DNA of 27,048 nt. Origin: a virus (Duplodnaviria; Caudoviricetes). Where the stretch lies: IMG/VR virus record IMGVR_UViG_3300025654_000042, positions 1 to 27,048 of that record, one strand, 5' to 3'. The stretch's first letter is position 1, and each line of letters starts with the position of its first letter. The position numbers and the translations under genes were made by a program. A model generated the notes under the pieces. The model made no database searches, was not told the DNA's origin, and saw nothing but the letters and a program-made list of their open reading frames with translations. This document shows, one piece after another, positions 10,701 to 18,241 of the stretch.

Positions 10701-12437
10701 GCCAGGGGTTCCTGTAGCTGAATCTATCTCCGATGTTATAGGCTCATTTACAAGAACTTGAATAGCGTCTCCGAACCAAGACAACACGTCTGTATCACCT
10801 GCGTTTAAATCATAGGGGCTATATATGGTTGATCCTGAATAAAAACTACCGTTACTTTCTAGTCCTAAATCCACTGAGGACAATATAACCGGAGACTGCC
10901 TTCCAAACTTGTCTGCTAAAACAAATCCAACCTGGTAATTCCTGTTTCTTTTAACAGAACTATTAGGATACTCAATGAAGTTGTTGTATATTCCGGTAGT
11001 TGCTTTGTTAGCTATCCTACAATTATAATTTATATTGTTAGGGGGTGTTTGTTTGTCTACGAAGTTTCCGTATATAATTCTATTTCCTGAAGACTCTTGA
11101 GCTAACGCTCTTACAGGTACTTTATCGTATACTCTTACTGTCTGAGCTTCCGGTAATGTTCTATAGGGCTTTCTTGATTGGTACTCGTAGGTATAGGTGT
11201 TGTTAACACCACTAGCCCCAGATATTTCACCTGCTGTAATGCTTTCTAAAACCTTAACTACAGTACCATCACTTTCTCTAAATAATATTTCTAATTCACT
11301 AATTTTGTAATCGGATACTATCTTATTAGCAGAAGAAGGAAGCGGTATCACAAGCCCGATGTTTTGTATCGAATTTTCCATAAATCCAACTATAGTAGAC
11401 TGGTAGGCCGCGTTTTCATCCCCATTAAGGAAGTATCCGTTTTGTTTTGGTACATAAGCTATCTGAGTAAATGGAGCCATTAAAGAGTACTCATTGTCAT
11501 CAAACTTAAATCGGTAACTAAATCTTACAAACTTATCTTCTAAATAATCTGGATCCCCAGGCCATTGATTGTCGTCATTTTTATTGCTCATTGTTGATTT
11601 TATGAGCGATACATATTGCCCTACGGTTGGAGCTGTATTTAATGCGGGGGATACAGTTATTATTGTTGTATTAGGGGCAACAAAAGAGTTAGTAATACTA
11701 ACAACCTTAGAGTAATTAGTACCTGTTGTTGGAGGTGAAGATTCTAAACAAACGGCAGTAGCTTCTATAAGAGATAGTAGCTCTGTTCTTTTATGGCCGC
11801 TTATTTCAAACACCGTAGTAGTAGCTCCTGCTAAAACTTGTAGATCAGCTCTGTTGTATAATTTAATAGTTTGATACGGATTGTATTTTGCTACGGATAT
11901 TTGGTGTTCCTCGCTGTAGTAATCTTCTCCTGCTGCTACTCCTCCTGGCTCAAAAGCCCTAGCTAAGTCAACATTGATTTTTCTAGGTTGATTTCTGTTG
12001 TCTGTCCAAAACAAGAGATTTTCAAGTAAGTTTATACCTACTATCCTGTTGGTAGTTGAAAAATTTAAAAATTCGCCTTGCACAAGCCTAATGTATTGCC
12101 CTGTTGCATTATTATATGAATATATATAATGCTTTGAAGTAGATGGGGCATTAGTGGGGTTGGCTATATCGGGATCTTCATAGTCCGTTAAGAACACGAA
12201 TAATCTATCTGTAGAGTTATCTGCCTCAATACCTATTATAGTTAAACCGTTGCCTATGTCTGTTCCGGTAACTAAATTGTTACCAATTATGTTTTCTAAG
12301 GCACCTACATCGTTATCTTCGGATCTACCAACTGATATATTCCGAGCATCTCTATATTCGCCGTTAGGCAATATTCTATCATCAAGATCTTTATTCATCT
12401 TGGATTTTAGAAATGTGTTTTTGATTTCTTGTGCCAT
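7728..12437 (-). CDS. Tail stabilization/nozzle protein, N-terminal part with long beta-rich C-terminal extension (1569 aa)
   Basis: N-terminus KMNKDLDDRILPNGEYRDARNI, plus LLFWTDNRNQPRKIN, FVRFSYRFKFDDNEYS, GNRIIYGNF and YQVGFVLADKFGRQSPV. These motifs characterise Bacteroidota podophage stabilization proteins. The last ~650 aa are Thr/Gly/Val-rich and Ig/cadherin-like. Confidence 0.75.
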   Translation of the reverse strand: MAQEIKNTFLKSKMNKDLDDRILPNGEYRDARNISVGRSEDNDVGALENIIGNNLVTGTDIGNGLTIIGIEADNSTDRLFVFLTDYEDPDIANPTNAPSTSKHYIYSYNNATGQYIRLVQGEFLNFSTTNRIVGINLLENLLFWTDNRNQPRKINVDLARAFEPGGVAAGEDYYSEEHQISVAKYNPYQTIKLYNRADLQVLAGATTTVFEISGHKRTELLSLIEATAVCLESSPPTTGTNYSKVVSITNSFVAPNTTIITVSPALNTAPTVGQYVSLIKSTMSNKNDDNQWPGDPDYLEDKFVRFSYRFKFDDNEYSLMAPFTQIAYVPKQNGYFLNGDENAAYQSTIVGFMENSIQNIGLVIPLPSSANKIVSDYKISELEILFRESDGTVVKVLESITAGEISGASGVNNTYTYEYQSRKPYRTLPEAQTVRVYDKVPVRALAQESSGNRIIYGNFVDKQTPPNNINYNCRIANKATTGIYNNFIEYPNSSVKRNRNYQVGFVLADKFGRQSPVILSSVDLGLESNGSFYSGSTIYSPYDLNAGDTDVLSWFGDAIQVLVNEPITSEIDSATGTPGLYAINQQDSSTGEGFAVAAGFTGTPPTILGNTYTFTLDDTAFPNNTNIPIVDRGNYMRGAYKDFVKVTNVVNTAGSIYEVTTDGQVNDIYLRTDNLPAGDPDLKFVYTLNDLGWYSYKIVVKQTEQEYYNVYLPGILNGYPGQSSDGEENGPFPGDELNLTAHTVLFNDNIQKIPRDLVEVGPDQKQYRSSVTLYGRVTNTMIGDAAAYNQQYYPRLSYTGKNAVDHMATTIATAGDLDMQYVQLSGDSGSKPRNGNLVFYQIDTNPLIARISTTEKSIGATNINTASTGAPYNMVPYLAIYETAPVESFLELYWETSSEGLIVDLNAELASSNSGAVGFTAIGWTFDETITSGTAVSAWFEPLNNQGGTYVSPTSAELISVKNGLGADADSSFSLNTGVIGSVNEGKFQLQYEDSGIVFLQGSNITDVYTFVIRVTTAEGDTSDLTIGGQTEGEGALKNLQPSFGVIADKVKTISNKVLIPASDWASAVNGTALTGDNAREQLIYTFTGSDIPDNWVMDPNSGELTQATPVEAGIATEFTGNPLGIFNITVRLSDANAINSVNAANGYTSLYAEQDVQIRLEPTAVNPGALSTSCVITPASPPANTVIDAATGVVGPFNNGQKVSCVYYMSATDLTQSDTDNSVFFDNGIPNPDVDEDMNTVNYRIGTDCHRKGTISFSLNTFSPWNGSTNNINLFYTPKINFYYRALGETTWQLIPRNLEQNRVGSSEALTSPTFDGPQVIQDLITDVGGVTVVTPRNNLVLDYGPDDVWLQTIRAFNYEDFNITGSVVAGSAGIEYAILVDTIQQLIPNTKANGIVRFWAAADDLEYPTCVPWQGKNAVTENGAVGDLFQYRRSTESNNSTAYNAAGAGFIYARSPYGDYVNEFYTDATNFTPYIPSLPYINTTLVRAIGSTLTSWTTFNDPPLPAYPLAPPGPSPATDVEVQWVVGYGTNNGKKLINAGVTGVSARQTTSNTVFNRTLGTLRVHKN

Positions 12438-12441
12438 TAAA

Positions 12442-13650
12442 TTATGATTTTATCCATTTAGATTTACCTCTCATTACCTGTACTATCTCTGATAGTTTAA
12501 TGTTGGATAATCTTATTTTAGCATTTCTTAGTTTAGCAGATCTGTCTTTCTTTAAACGTTGTATAACGTACTCAGGTTGATTAATTCTGCTCGCTAATAT
12601 AGAATATAGTATGTGTGCATATAATGCATCCTCGGCCATCTTAGGTATCCTAGAATCCAAATCATACGCTAATCCGTCTGATATGTAGTCAAGTATTATT
12701 AATCGGTCTTTTAAGTTGGAAGAAAAAGCTATTGTACCATCTCTTTCATTCATATTAAACCAACCATTTCTTTGCGAATTCTGTGGATCGTTACCGTATC
12801 TTTGCCCGTAAAATGGATTACCTGTTAAGTAACTACCGTAAGCCCAGTAATCGTCAAATGTTATATTGCCATTTAATAATCTGTCATTAGCCTCGCCCCA
12901 TCTTTCGTTTGTAATAGAAGTACCCTCTAAAAGATCGCCAGTATTATCCATAGTGTAATCCCCTGCTTCATCCTGCAGCGGCACTTCGTATGGGCTACTG
13001 GTTAAATTGTTTGCTGGATATATTGGGTGTCTTACACCTAGTTGATCTATATATGCTAAGCTAACGTAGTTTACGTAGTCTTGTGGTATTGTAACACCTA
13101 GGCTAGGTGGAATAGTTATTTCTTGCGACTTAACGCTTTTTAAAGTATCGTAACTAAATTCTTGCAATCCTCTTTTAGCATGAAATATTACATCTGTTCT
13201 TTTAACATCGCCTATTAATTTATGCTCACCAACGTAGGTCGCAATAAATCCGTTAATAACATCGTTTAAAGAAGTGTAGGCGTAGCTTCCGTAGTTTTCT
13301 TGCACTGCATCCCCGAGAGCATCTTCATTTCCAAAGTTTCCGCCATCTAAAGATTTTAGTTGTACTACAATATGCTTTCTTAATGTATTTGTTCCTGTAA
13401 AAGTTATTGTATTTCCTGCAACAGTATATGGCCCCGCGAATTCATCATAGTTCCCGGCTAAGCCATCGGCACTAGTGTAAACAACAAAGTTAGTTAATGT
13501 AGCGTTAACCGAATCGTATATTAGATCAGTATTAAATGTAGTTGTTACGGAATCACCTATGACAGGAGGATCCGATATAAGAAATCGCTGTGCTCCAGCG
13601 TAATATTGTTCATTAGTTTCGGTTATTAAACCACCATTAGGTATCGGCAT
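12442..13650 (-). CDS. Tail ring/head-tail connector structural protein (402 aa)
   Basis: Position between capsid and nozzle genes. Motifs SLNDVINGFI, VIFHAKRGLQEFSYD, IPQDYVNYV, ILDYISDG and IPKMAEDALYAHI resemble tail tubular/ring proteins. Confidence 0.6.
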   Translation of the reverse strand: MPIPNGGLITETNEQYYAGAQRFLISDPPVIGDSVTTTFNTDLIYDSVNATLTNFVVYTSADGLAGNYDEFAGPYTVAGNTITFTGTNTLRKHIVVQLKSLDGGNFGNEDALGDAVQENYGSYAYTSLNDVINGFIATYVGEHKLIGDVKRTDVIFHAKRGLQEFSYDTLKSVKSQEITIPPSLGVTIPQDYVNYVSLAYIDQLGVRHPIYPANNLTSSPYEVPLQDEAGDYTMDNTGDLLEGTSITNERWGEANDRLLNGNITFDDYWAYGSYLTGNPFYGQRYGNDPQNSQRNGWFNMNERDGTIAFSSNLKDRLIILDYISDGLAYDLDSRIPKMAEDALYAHILYSILASRINQPEYVIQRLKKDRSAKLRNAKIRLSNIKLSEIVQVMRGKSKWIKS

Positions 13651-13653
13651 ATC

Positions 13654-14571
13654 TTACATTATTGAGCGTTGATTTTCTTGTTGCACTTGTTGTGCCGCTA
13701 TCTGTACTATTGATGGGTCTCTTATAACGACACCCGAGTAGAGTAATATCTTTAAGATAATATTTGCCTGCTCTGTTTTTGATAGCTCAAAATTAACTGA
13801 GTTAGTAGCATTGTATTGGTAGTAGTTTTGCCCAGATGGAATTGTGAAGTTCCATATAACATCTACAGGTTTTCTTAAATAGCTAACACTTATATCCGAT
13901 GTAATAGTTTTCGGGTATAAGTATAATTTACTGTCCTCATATAGATATATAGGATATGTTTTTGTTGGGGCTATTAAAGGGTTGCTGTTTAAGTATAGAA
14001 GCTCGTTTCGCTGAGATAGCTGCGCTTCTTTTGAATCTTGATATATAACTGTACCGAGTCTGTAAAAGTCCTCTGGGGTCGCCGTAACGACTATAGCGTC
14101 GTTTAAAGCTGGTATACTGTTAAATATTATGTTAGCTCCACTGATTGTGTAAGCCGTAGTAGATACACCGTTTATTGTAACAGCTATTACGCTAGTTTGC
14201 AATTGCGAAGATGTTATCGATGTAAAAGGAAACGATATTGCAACTCCGTCACCTGTAAGTGTCTGCGCCGCAGCGCCCAACCCTGAGGTTGTTGGTAAAG
14301 TAAAGTACCCGCCTGTTGGTACGTAAGTTGCGTTACCGTATGTTTTAAATACAGATATGTTGTGATCAACATTTTTAATGCGATCGCCATACTCCGTATC
14401 ATTATCTGGTCTACGTAATTGTTGATTAAGCGTATCAAAATAGCTCTCGAATATTTCTAATTGTACTTGCGTTGCAACTTTATTGAATTCATCCGGAGAT
14501 AAGTTACCTCTCTGTTCTTTATTCAGAATAAGTAACACTGTTTTATAAACTATATCTACATTTACTGCCAT
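13654..14571 (-). CDS. Tail tubular/adaptor ring protein (305 aa)
   Basis: Helical N-terminus (LILNKEQRGNLSPDEFN), plus LYLYP..I..SYLRKP..V.W and a helical C-terminus, typical of adaptor/gatekeeper ring proteins. Contains an internal small beta-sandwich insertion. Confidence 0.6.
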   Translation of the reverse strand: MAVNVDIVYKTVLLILNKEQRGNLSPDEFNKVATQVQLEIFESYFDTLNQQLRRPDNDTEYGDRIKNVDHNISVFKTYGNATYVPTGGYFTLPTTSGLGAAAQTLTGDGVAISFPFTSITSSQLQTSVIAVTINGVSTTAYTISGANIIFNSIPALNDAIVVTATPEDFYRLGTVIYQDSKEAQLSQRNELLYLNSNPLIAPTKTYPIYLYEDSKLYLYPKTITSDISVSYLRKPVDVIWNFTIPSGQNYYQYNATNSVNFELSKTEQANIILKILLYSGVVIRDPSIVQIAAQQVQQENQRSIM

Positions 14572-14592
14572 TTTTTTGTTTTATTATAAATA

Positions 14593-14622
14593 TTAACCGG
14601 CCCCAGTGATGAAGCCGGCTAA
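14593..14622 (-). terminator. GC-rich stem-loop (terminator or 5'-UTR hairpin)
   Basis: Minus strand TTAGCCGGCTTC-ATCACT-GGGGCCGGTTAA forms a 12-bp stem using three G-U pairs that work only on the minus-strand RNA. It is followed by TATTTAT, a weak U tract. Confidence 0.5.
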
Positions 14623-14641
14623 AATTAATTCACCATCTATA

Positions 14642-14671
14642 ATATAATCACATAGTTTTTTTAAAAACTAC
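14642..14671 (-). promoter_or_regulatory. Conserved 30-bp intergenic motif, copy 1 (candidate phage late promoter)
   Basis: Minus strand GTAGTTTTTAAAAAAACTATGTGATTATAT is 26/30 identical to 24988-25017. It lies upstream of the tail gene block. Confidence 0.6.
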
Positions 14672-15537
14672 TAATTAAACTTTTTTTCTATAGATCTAAA
14701 CACTTCGCCACCTTCGTCGGTCTTAAAGTAAGCTGCCATTGCAGAGTAAGGATTTTCATCAAAAGGCACATTCATAAGCTTTCTGCCATTAGATGCCCAA
14801 GAAAATGTTCTTTGATCTTGTGACAAAGCTAATATACCTGCTTCGGTTGCTTTGATTGCTGTGTTACGTAATCCAACGTTTTCATCTTGAGCTAATTCTA
14901 AGAACAACTCAGGGTTTGCATTTGCAAACAACCTTAGGTCTCTTTTAATTTCCTTAGATGATAACTGGTTTACTGCACTACCCATTTCTACTCGAAGGAT
15001 TGCCTCAGCGTCGTCAATATCCATTTCTCTTGCAAATACCGCTGCATCTGTTTGTAAATCAAGCATTTCTAAATCGTCGTATGCTTCTTCTACTGGATCA
15101 AACTCCTCGTATATTCTACCTTTTAAAGGGTGATACAAAGATAACAGCTTTTGTAAGTTTTGTTTTTCTTTAGGTACTCTTAAGTCCCCATTCATAAACA
15201 TAATATGTCCCATTGTCGCTTCTCCCTTTTGGTCTTCTTTAAACGGCGAATCGTGGTTGGTTGCATATCTAATTTCTTTTTGCTTACCTGTTTTAGGATC
15301 AAAATAAAGTAAAGCGTGCTTCCGCGTATGCTTACCTGGTATTGTTAAAGTTAAAGGAGTATGTCTACCTGATAAGTAATATATCCTATCTTTAATTTCC
15401 CATTCTGGTTTAGCTGGTTCCAGTTCTTCTTTAACTGGTATAACCTTTTTTTCTATTGTTTCGGTCGGTACAACTACTTGTTCTACAACTTCTACTTCTT
15501 TTGTAGCCTTCTTAGCTACTGGTTTTTTATTTGCCAT
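14671..15537 (-). CDS. Conserved hypothetical protein downstream of major capsid gene (288 aa)
   Basis: Clean ORF with an AT-rich leader and a Lys/Glu/Val/Pro-rich flexible N-terminus followed by a globular/helical region. It occupies the slot directly after the MCP. Confidence 0.6.
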   Translation of the reverse strand: MANKKPVAKKATKEVEVVEQVVVPTETIEKKVIPVKEELEPAKPEWEIKDRIYYLSGRHTPLTLTIPGKHTRKHALLYFDPKTGKQKEIRYATNHDSPFKEDQKGEATMGHIMFMNGDLRVPKEKQNLQKLLSLYHPLKGRIYEEFDPVEEAYDDLEMLDLQTDAAVFAREMDIDDAEAILRVEMGSAVNQLSSKEIKRDLRLFANANPELFLELAQDENVGLRNTAIKATEAGILALSQDQRTFSWASNGRKLMNVPFDENPYSAMAAYFKTDEGGEVFRSIEKKFN

Positions 15538-15560
15538 AATATAATATAATTTAATAGTTT

Positions 15561-15605
15561 AAAAGTAATAATTACCCCCGTTGATATAACGAGGGTAACA
15601 ATTAC
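15561..15605 (-). terminator. Rho-independent terminator after major capsid gene
   Basis: Minus strand GTAAT-TG-TTACCCTCGTT-ATATC-AACGGGGGTAA-TT-ATTAC-TTTT: an 11-bp core stem (one G-U) plus a 5-bp extension and a T tract, 13 nt after the MCP stop. Confidence 0.7.
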
Positions 15606-15618
15606 ATAATTTGAATCC

Positions 15619-17079
15619 TTAGATTCCTCTGAATAATACAAAGTTGTTAGCAGCTTGAGTAATCAAACATCTTTCAGATAGGAAGTTTACTTCCATTGCA
15701 TCAAGAGTCGAGTTACTTGCTCCACCAACAGATCCAGTTAACCAAGACTTCATTCTACGGTCATCAGTTTGAGAAGCTCTATATCGTACGTGACAGAATG
15801 GACGTCTGATATTTGTTCCTAATACTTGATCGTAAACAGTTGAAGTTCCAGCTGGCACTAATACACCTTCGATTGAATTAACTCCGTTGATTGCTCCACG
15901 AGTAGATGCATCATTTAAGTATTTCCAATCTGTTTTGTAAAAGTCATAAGATCCTCTACGGAATCCAGTGAATCCTAAGTTTAAAGCCATTTCAGAAGAG
16001 TTCTCGAATAAACCGTAAGCGGTTCCTCCTTGTGCTCCTCCAGAAATTGCAGCTAGCATATCATCAAAGTCCAAAGAAGTTTGACGTTGTAAAAACAACA
16101 TGTTCTCTTCAATAGCTCCCTGGGTATCAAGGTTCTTAAGGATAGCGTCGAATTCTGTTAATCCGTTAGCAGCAGTAAACCCAGTCTCTACGTTTCCTCT
16201 TGATTGGATCGCAGCGAACATACCTTCTGTTCCTGGCTGTGTTAATGGATTTAAAGCAGACGCATTTAATTCTCCTTCTACCATTGCCATTTCTAAGTAA
16301 TCTTCAAAACGTAAACGTGTTTCAGACTCAGCTTTTAGGTACCATAGGTATCCATCAGTTCCGTCTTCAGTTGCTACATTCACCCATCCGATCTGTGCAG
16401 TATCTGATCCAGATACAACATACTGATCTCTAATGATAATTGGTGAGTTTGAAAATTGCGTTAGTACAGGGTCTATACTGTTTCTCACAGCAGAGTTACC
16501 TGCTCCAACAGCAGCAATAGTTGTTCCTTTAGAATAATCAGATCCGTAAACGAATACTTTTAATCCTGTCGCAGCAAAGCCTTGAGCAGTTAAAGTAGTT
16601 CCCGCAAAAGGTTGAATAGTAATTGTTCCAGCTGCACCTAGTACAGAAGCTGTAACAATACCTTTAGCTTCTAATCCAGTAGCTGGATCTAAAACAACAA
16701 CCGTGTCATTTACAGAAATTACATTTTGTACTCCTGCAACTGCCCCTGGGTTTACCGTAATAACAGATAATGTTCCCGCGCCATTTGCTTGAGACACTCC
16801 TGCATAAGAAATATGTAAACGGTTTTGTTCAGACCAAATAACTTGATCAGATGTCATTGGCATTTCAGCGCCAACCATTTTTAAAAATCCAGATAACGTT
16901 CTGTTTCCATAACGCTCTACTTCTGCTTCGTAGATTTCTGGTAAATACTGCTGCGCAAAGTCAGCGAAATTTGCTGGAACGGCTCCTCCGCCATTGTTGT
17001 TCCATTGTAGGTAATTTGTCGCAAGTAATTGCGGCGTTTGTGATGGGACTAAACTCCCAAACTGTGGTAATAAACTCAT
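15619..17079 (-). CDS. Major capsid protein (486 aa)
   Basis: Follows portal and scaffold and is followed by a terminator. HK97-type elements (VIWSEQNRL, FSNSPIIIRDQYVVSGSD, RFEDYLEMAMVEGE, GTEGMFAAIQSRGN, LGFTGFRRGSYDF, EVNFLSERCL) with a beta-rich insertion. Codon use is strongly T/A-ending. Confidence 0.85.
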   Translation of the reverse strand: MSLLPQFGSLVPSQTPQLLATNYLQWNNNGGGAVPANFADFAQQYLPEIYEAEVERYGNRTLSGFLKMVGAEMPMTSDQVIWSEQNRLHISYAGVSQANGAGTLSVITVNPGAVAGVQNVISVNDTVVVLDPATGLEAKGIVTASVLGAAGTITIQPFAGTTLTAQGFAATGLKVFVYGSDYSKGTTIAAVGAGNSAVRNSIDPVLTQFSNSPIIIRDQYVVSGSDTAQIGWVNVATEDGTDGYLWYLKAESETRLRFEDYLEMAMVEGELNASALNPLTQPGTEGMFAAIQSRGNVETGFTAANGLTEFDAILKNLDTQGAIEENMLFLQRQTSLDFDDMLAAISGGAQGGTAYGLFENSSEMALNLGFTGFRRGSYDFYKTDWKYLNDASTRGAINGVNSIEGVLVPAGTSTVYDQVLGTNIRRPFCHVRYRASQTDDRRMKSWLTGSVGGASNSTLDAMEVNFLSERCLITQAANNFVLFRGI

Positions 17080-17084
17080 AATTA

Positions 17085-18209
17085 TTAGTTGTTAAACTTT
17101 TTAATTTTTAATTTTGATGAGTCCGCTCCAGAAACTGATTTCACTTTGTATGCTCCAAACTTGGCTCCGTCCATAGGCGCAGCTTTTCTTGCTCCACTTG
17201 AAGGGTTATTAGACTTGTTTACAACATCTCTAATAGCGTCGGCTTTACCTTGCTCGTAAAAGTGATTTGCCATTTTATCGGCATTTGCACCTGCATACAA
17301 TGCTTTGTGATACCCCGCGGTATCCTCAATCGTACCATCTTTTCCAAGGAACTTTCCTATAAAATTACTGATGTCTGATTGTTTTTCTGCTACCTGTGAT
17401 GGGTTTTGTACGCCATATCTAAATTTTTTATCGCCCAATGTAAAATCGAAACCTTCGAAATTTTCATTAAGTAACTCATTAGTCTTGGCTTTAAACTTAT
17501 CGTGGTTAGCGACGTTTCTTTCCTGGTCCTCTTTATATCGATTAAAAAAGTCCGATGCTTTAGCTTGGTCCTCAGTAAGTGTTGGCGAATTCAACTTGAT
17601 TTCGTCGTAGTACTTATCCTTGGTCTCCTTTAAAAACGTACGGGCTTTTGCAACCTCCTCTTTATATGCGAGTTTTTTTCTACGGATATCTCGCTCCTCG
17701 TCTAGGTCTTCGTCAAATGCAAAGTTGTCCTCGATCATAAACTCGATTTCTTCTGCACTTAAGTGGGACTTAGTGTTTTTGTAATATTCTTTTACTAATA
17801 CGTCGCGATCTACATCGTCGTAGTTAGTGTTTAGTCTTAAGTAATCTTGCATGGTTCCTCCGGTCTCACGCATAAAATCAACTAACTTTGTAACATTTTC
17901 AGGCAACTCAGGTTGCGCTACAGCTGGCTTTACTTCTTCTTTTTGCTTACTTTCTTCGGTAACTTCTGTGATGACTTGCTCGGGTACTTCTCCGACCAGC
18001 GTCGGGCTATCTCCGGCTGATTCATCCACATCCACTTCTTCTGTGCTTGGCTTTTGAACGGCATCTTTTTCTTCTTTAGGTATTACTACTCTAGTTACAT
18101 TACTTGGAATGTCTATCAGTGGCTCTTTGTTCCTGGCCGCTATTTGCTCCTCAGTAAGCTTTGGTTTTGTTTGGATCTTAAAAGATCCTTCTGTTTTTAC
18201 TTCACTCAT
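17085..18209 (-). CDS. Probable capsid scaffolding/assembly protein (374 aa)
   Basis: Lies between portal and MCP. Very acidic disordered N-terminus, helical core, and C-terminal FYEQGKADA motif with a basic tail. Confidence 0.7.
   Translation of the reverse strand: MSEVKTEGSFKIQTKPKLTEEQIAARNKEPLIDIPSNVTRVVIPKEEKDAVQKPSTEEVDVDESAGDSPTLVGEVPEQVITEVTEESKQKEEVKPAVAQPELPENVTKLVDFMRETGGTMQDYLRLNTNYDDVDRDVLVKEYYKNTKSHLSAEEIEFMIEDNFAFDEDLDEERDIRRKKLAYKEEVAKARTFLKETKDKYYDEIKLNSPTLTEDQAKASDFFNRYKEDQERNVANHDKFKAKTNELLNENFEGFDFTLGDKKFRYGVQNPSQVAEKQSDISNFIGKFLGKDGTIEDTAGYHKALYAGANADKMANHFYEQGKADAIRDVVNKSNNPSSGARKAAPMDGAKFGAYKVKSVSGADSSKLKIKKFNN
17930..18064 (-). CDS. Overprinted 44-aa basic peptide in +1 frame of scaffold gene
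   Basis: Hand translation gives MPFKSQAQKKWMWMNQPEIARRWSEKYPSKSSQKLPKKVSKKKK*. The leader is A-rich (CCTAAAGAAGAAAAAG-ATG). From recall, it resembles small stand-alone phage proteins of the MPFKS.AQ..WM.AN.PE.A.RW type. It is below the ORF-track length cutoff. Confidence 0.65.
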   Translation of the reverse strand: MPFKSQAQKKWMWMNQPEIARRWSEKYPSKSSQKLPKKVSKKKK

Positions 18210-18241
18210 GATATGATATTATATAATTATTAAATAGGTAC

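Noticed and set aside
14214-14438. 74-aa +1-frame ORF in the adaptor ring gene
   Set aside because: No convincing start context or protein features, and its length is compatible with chance.
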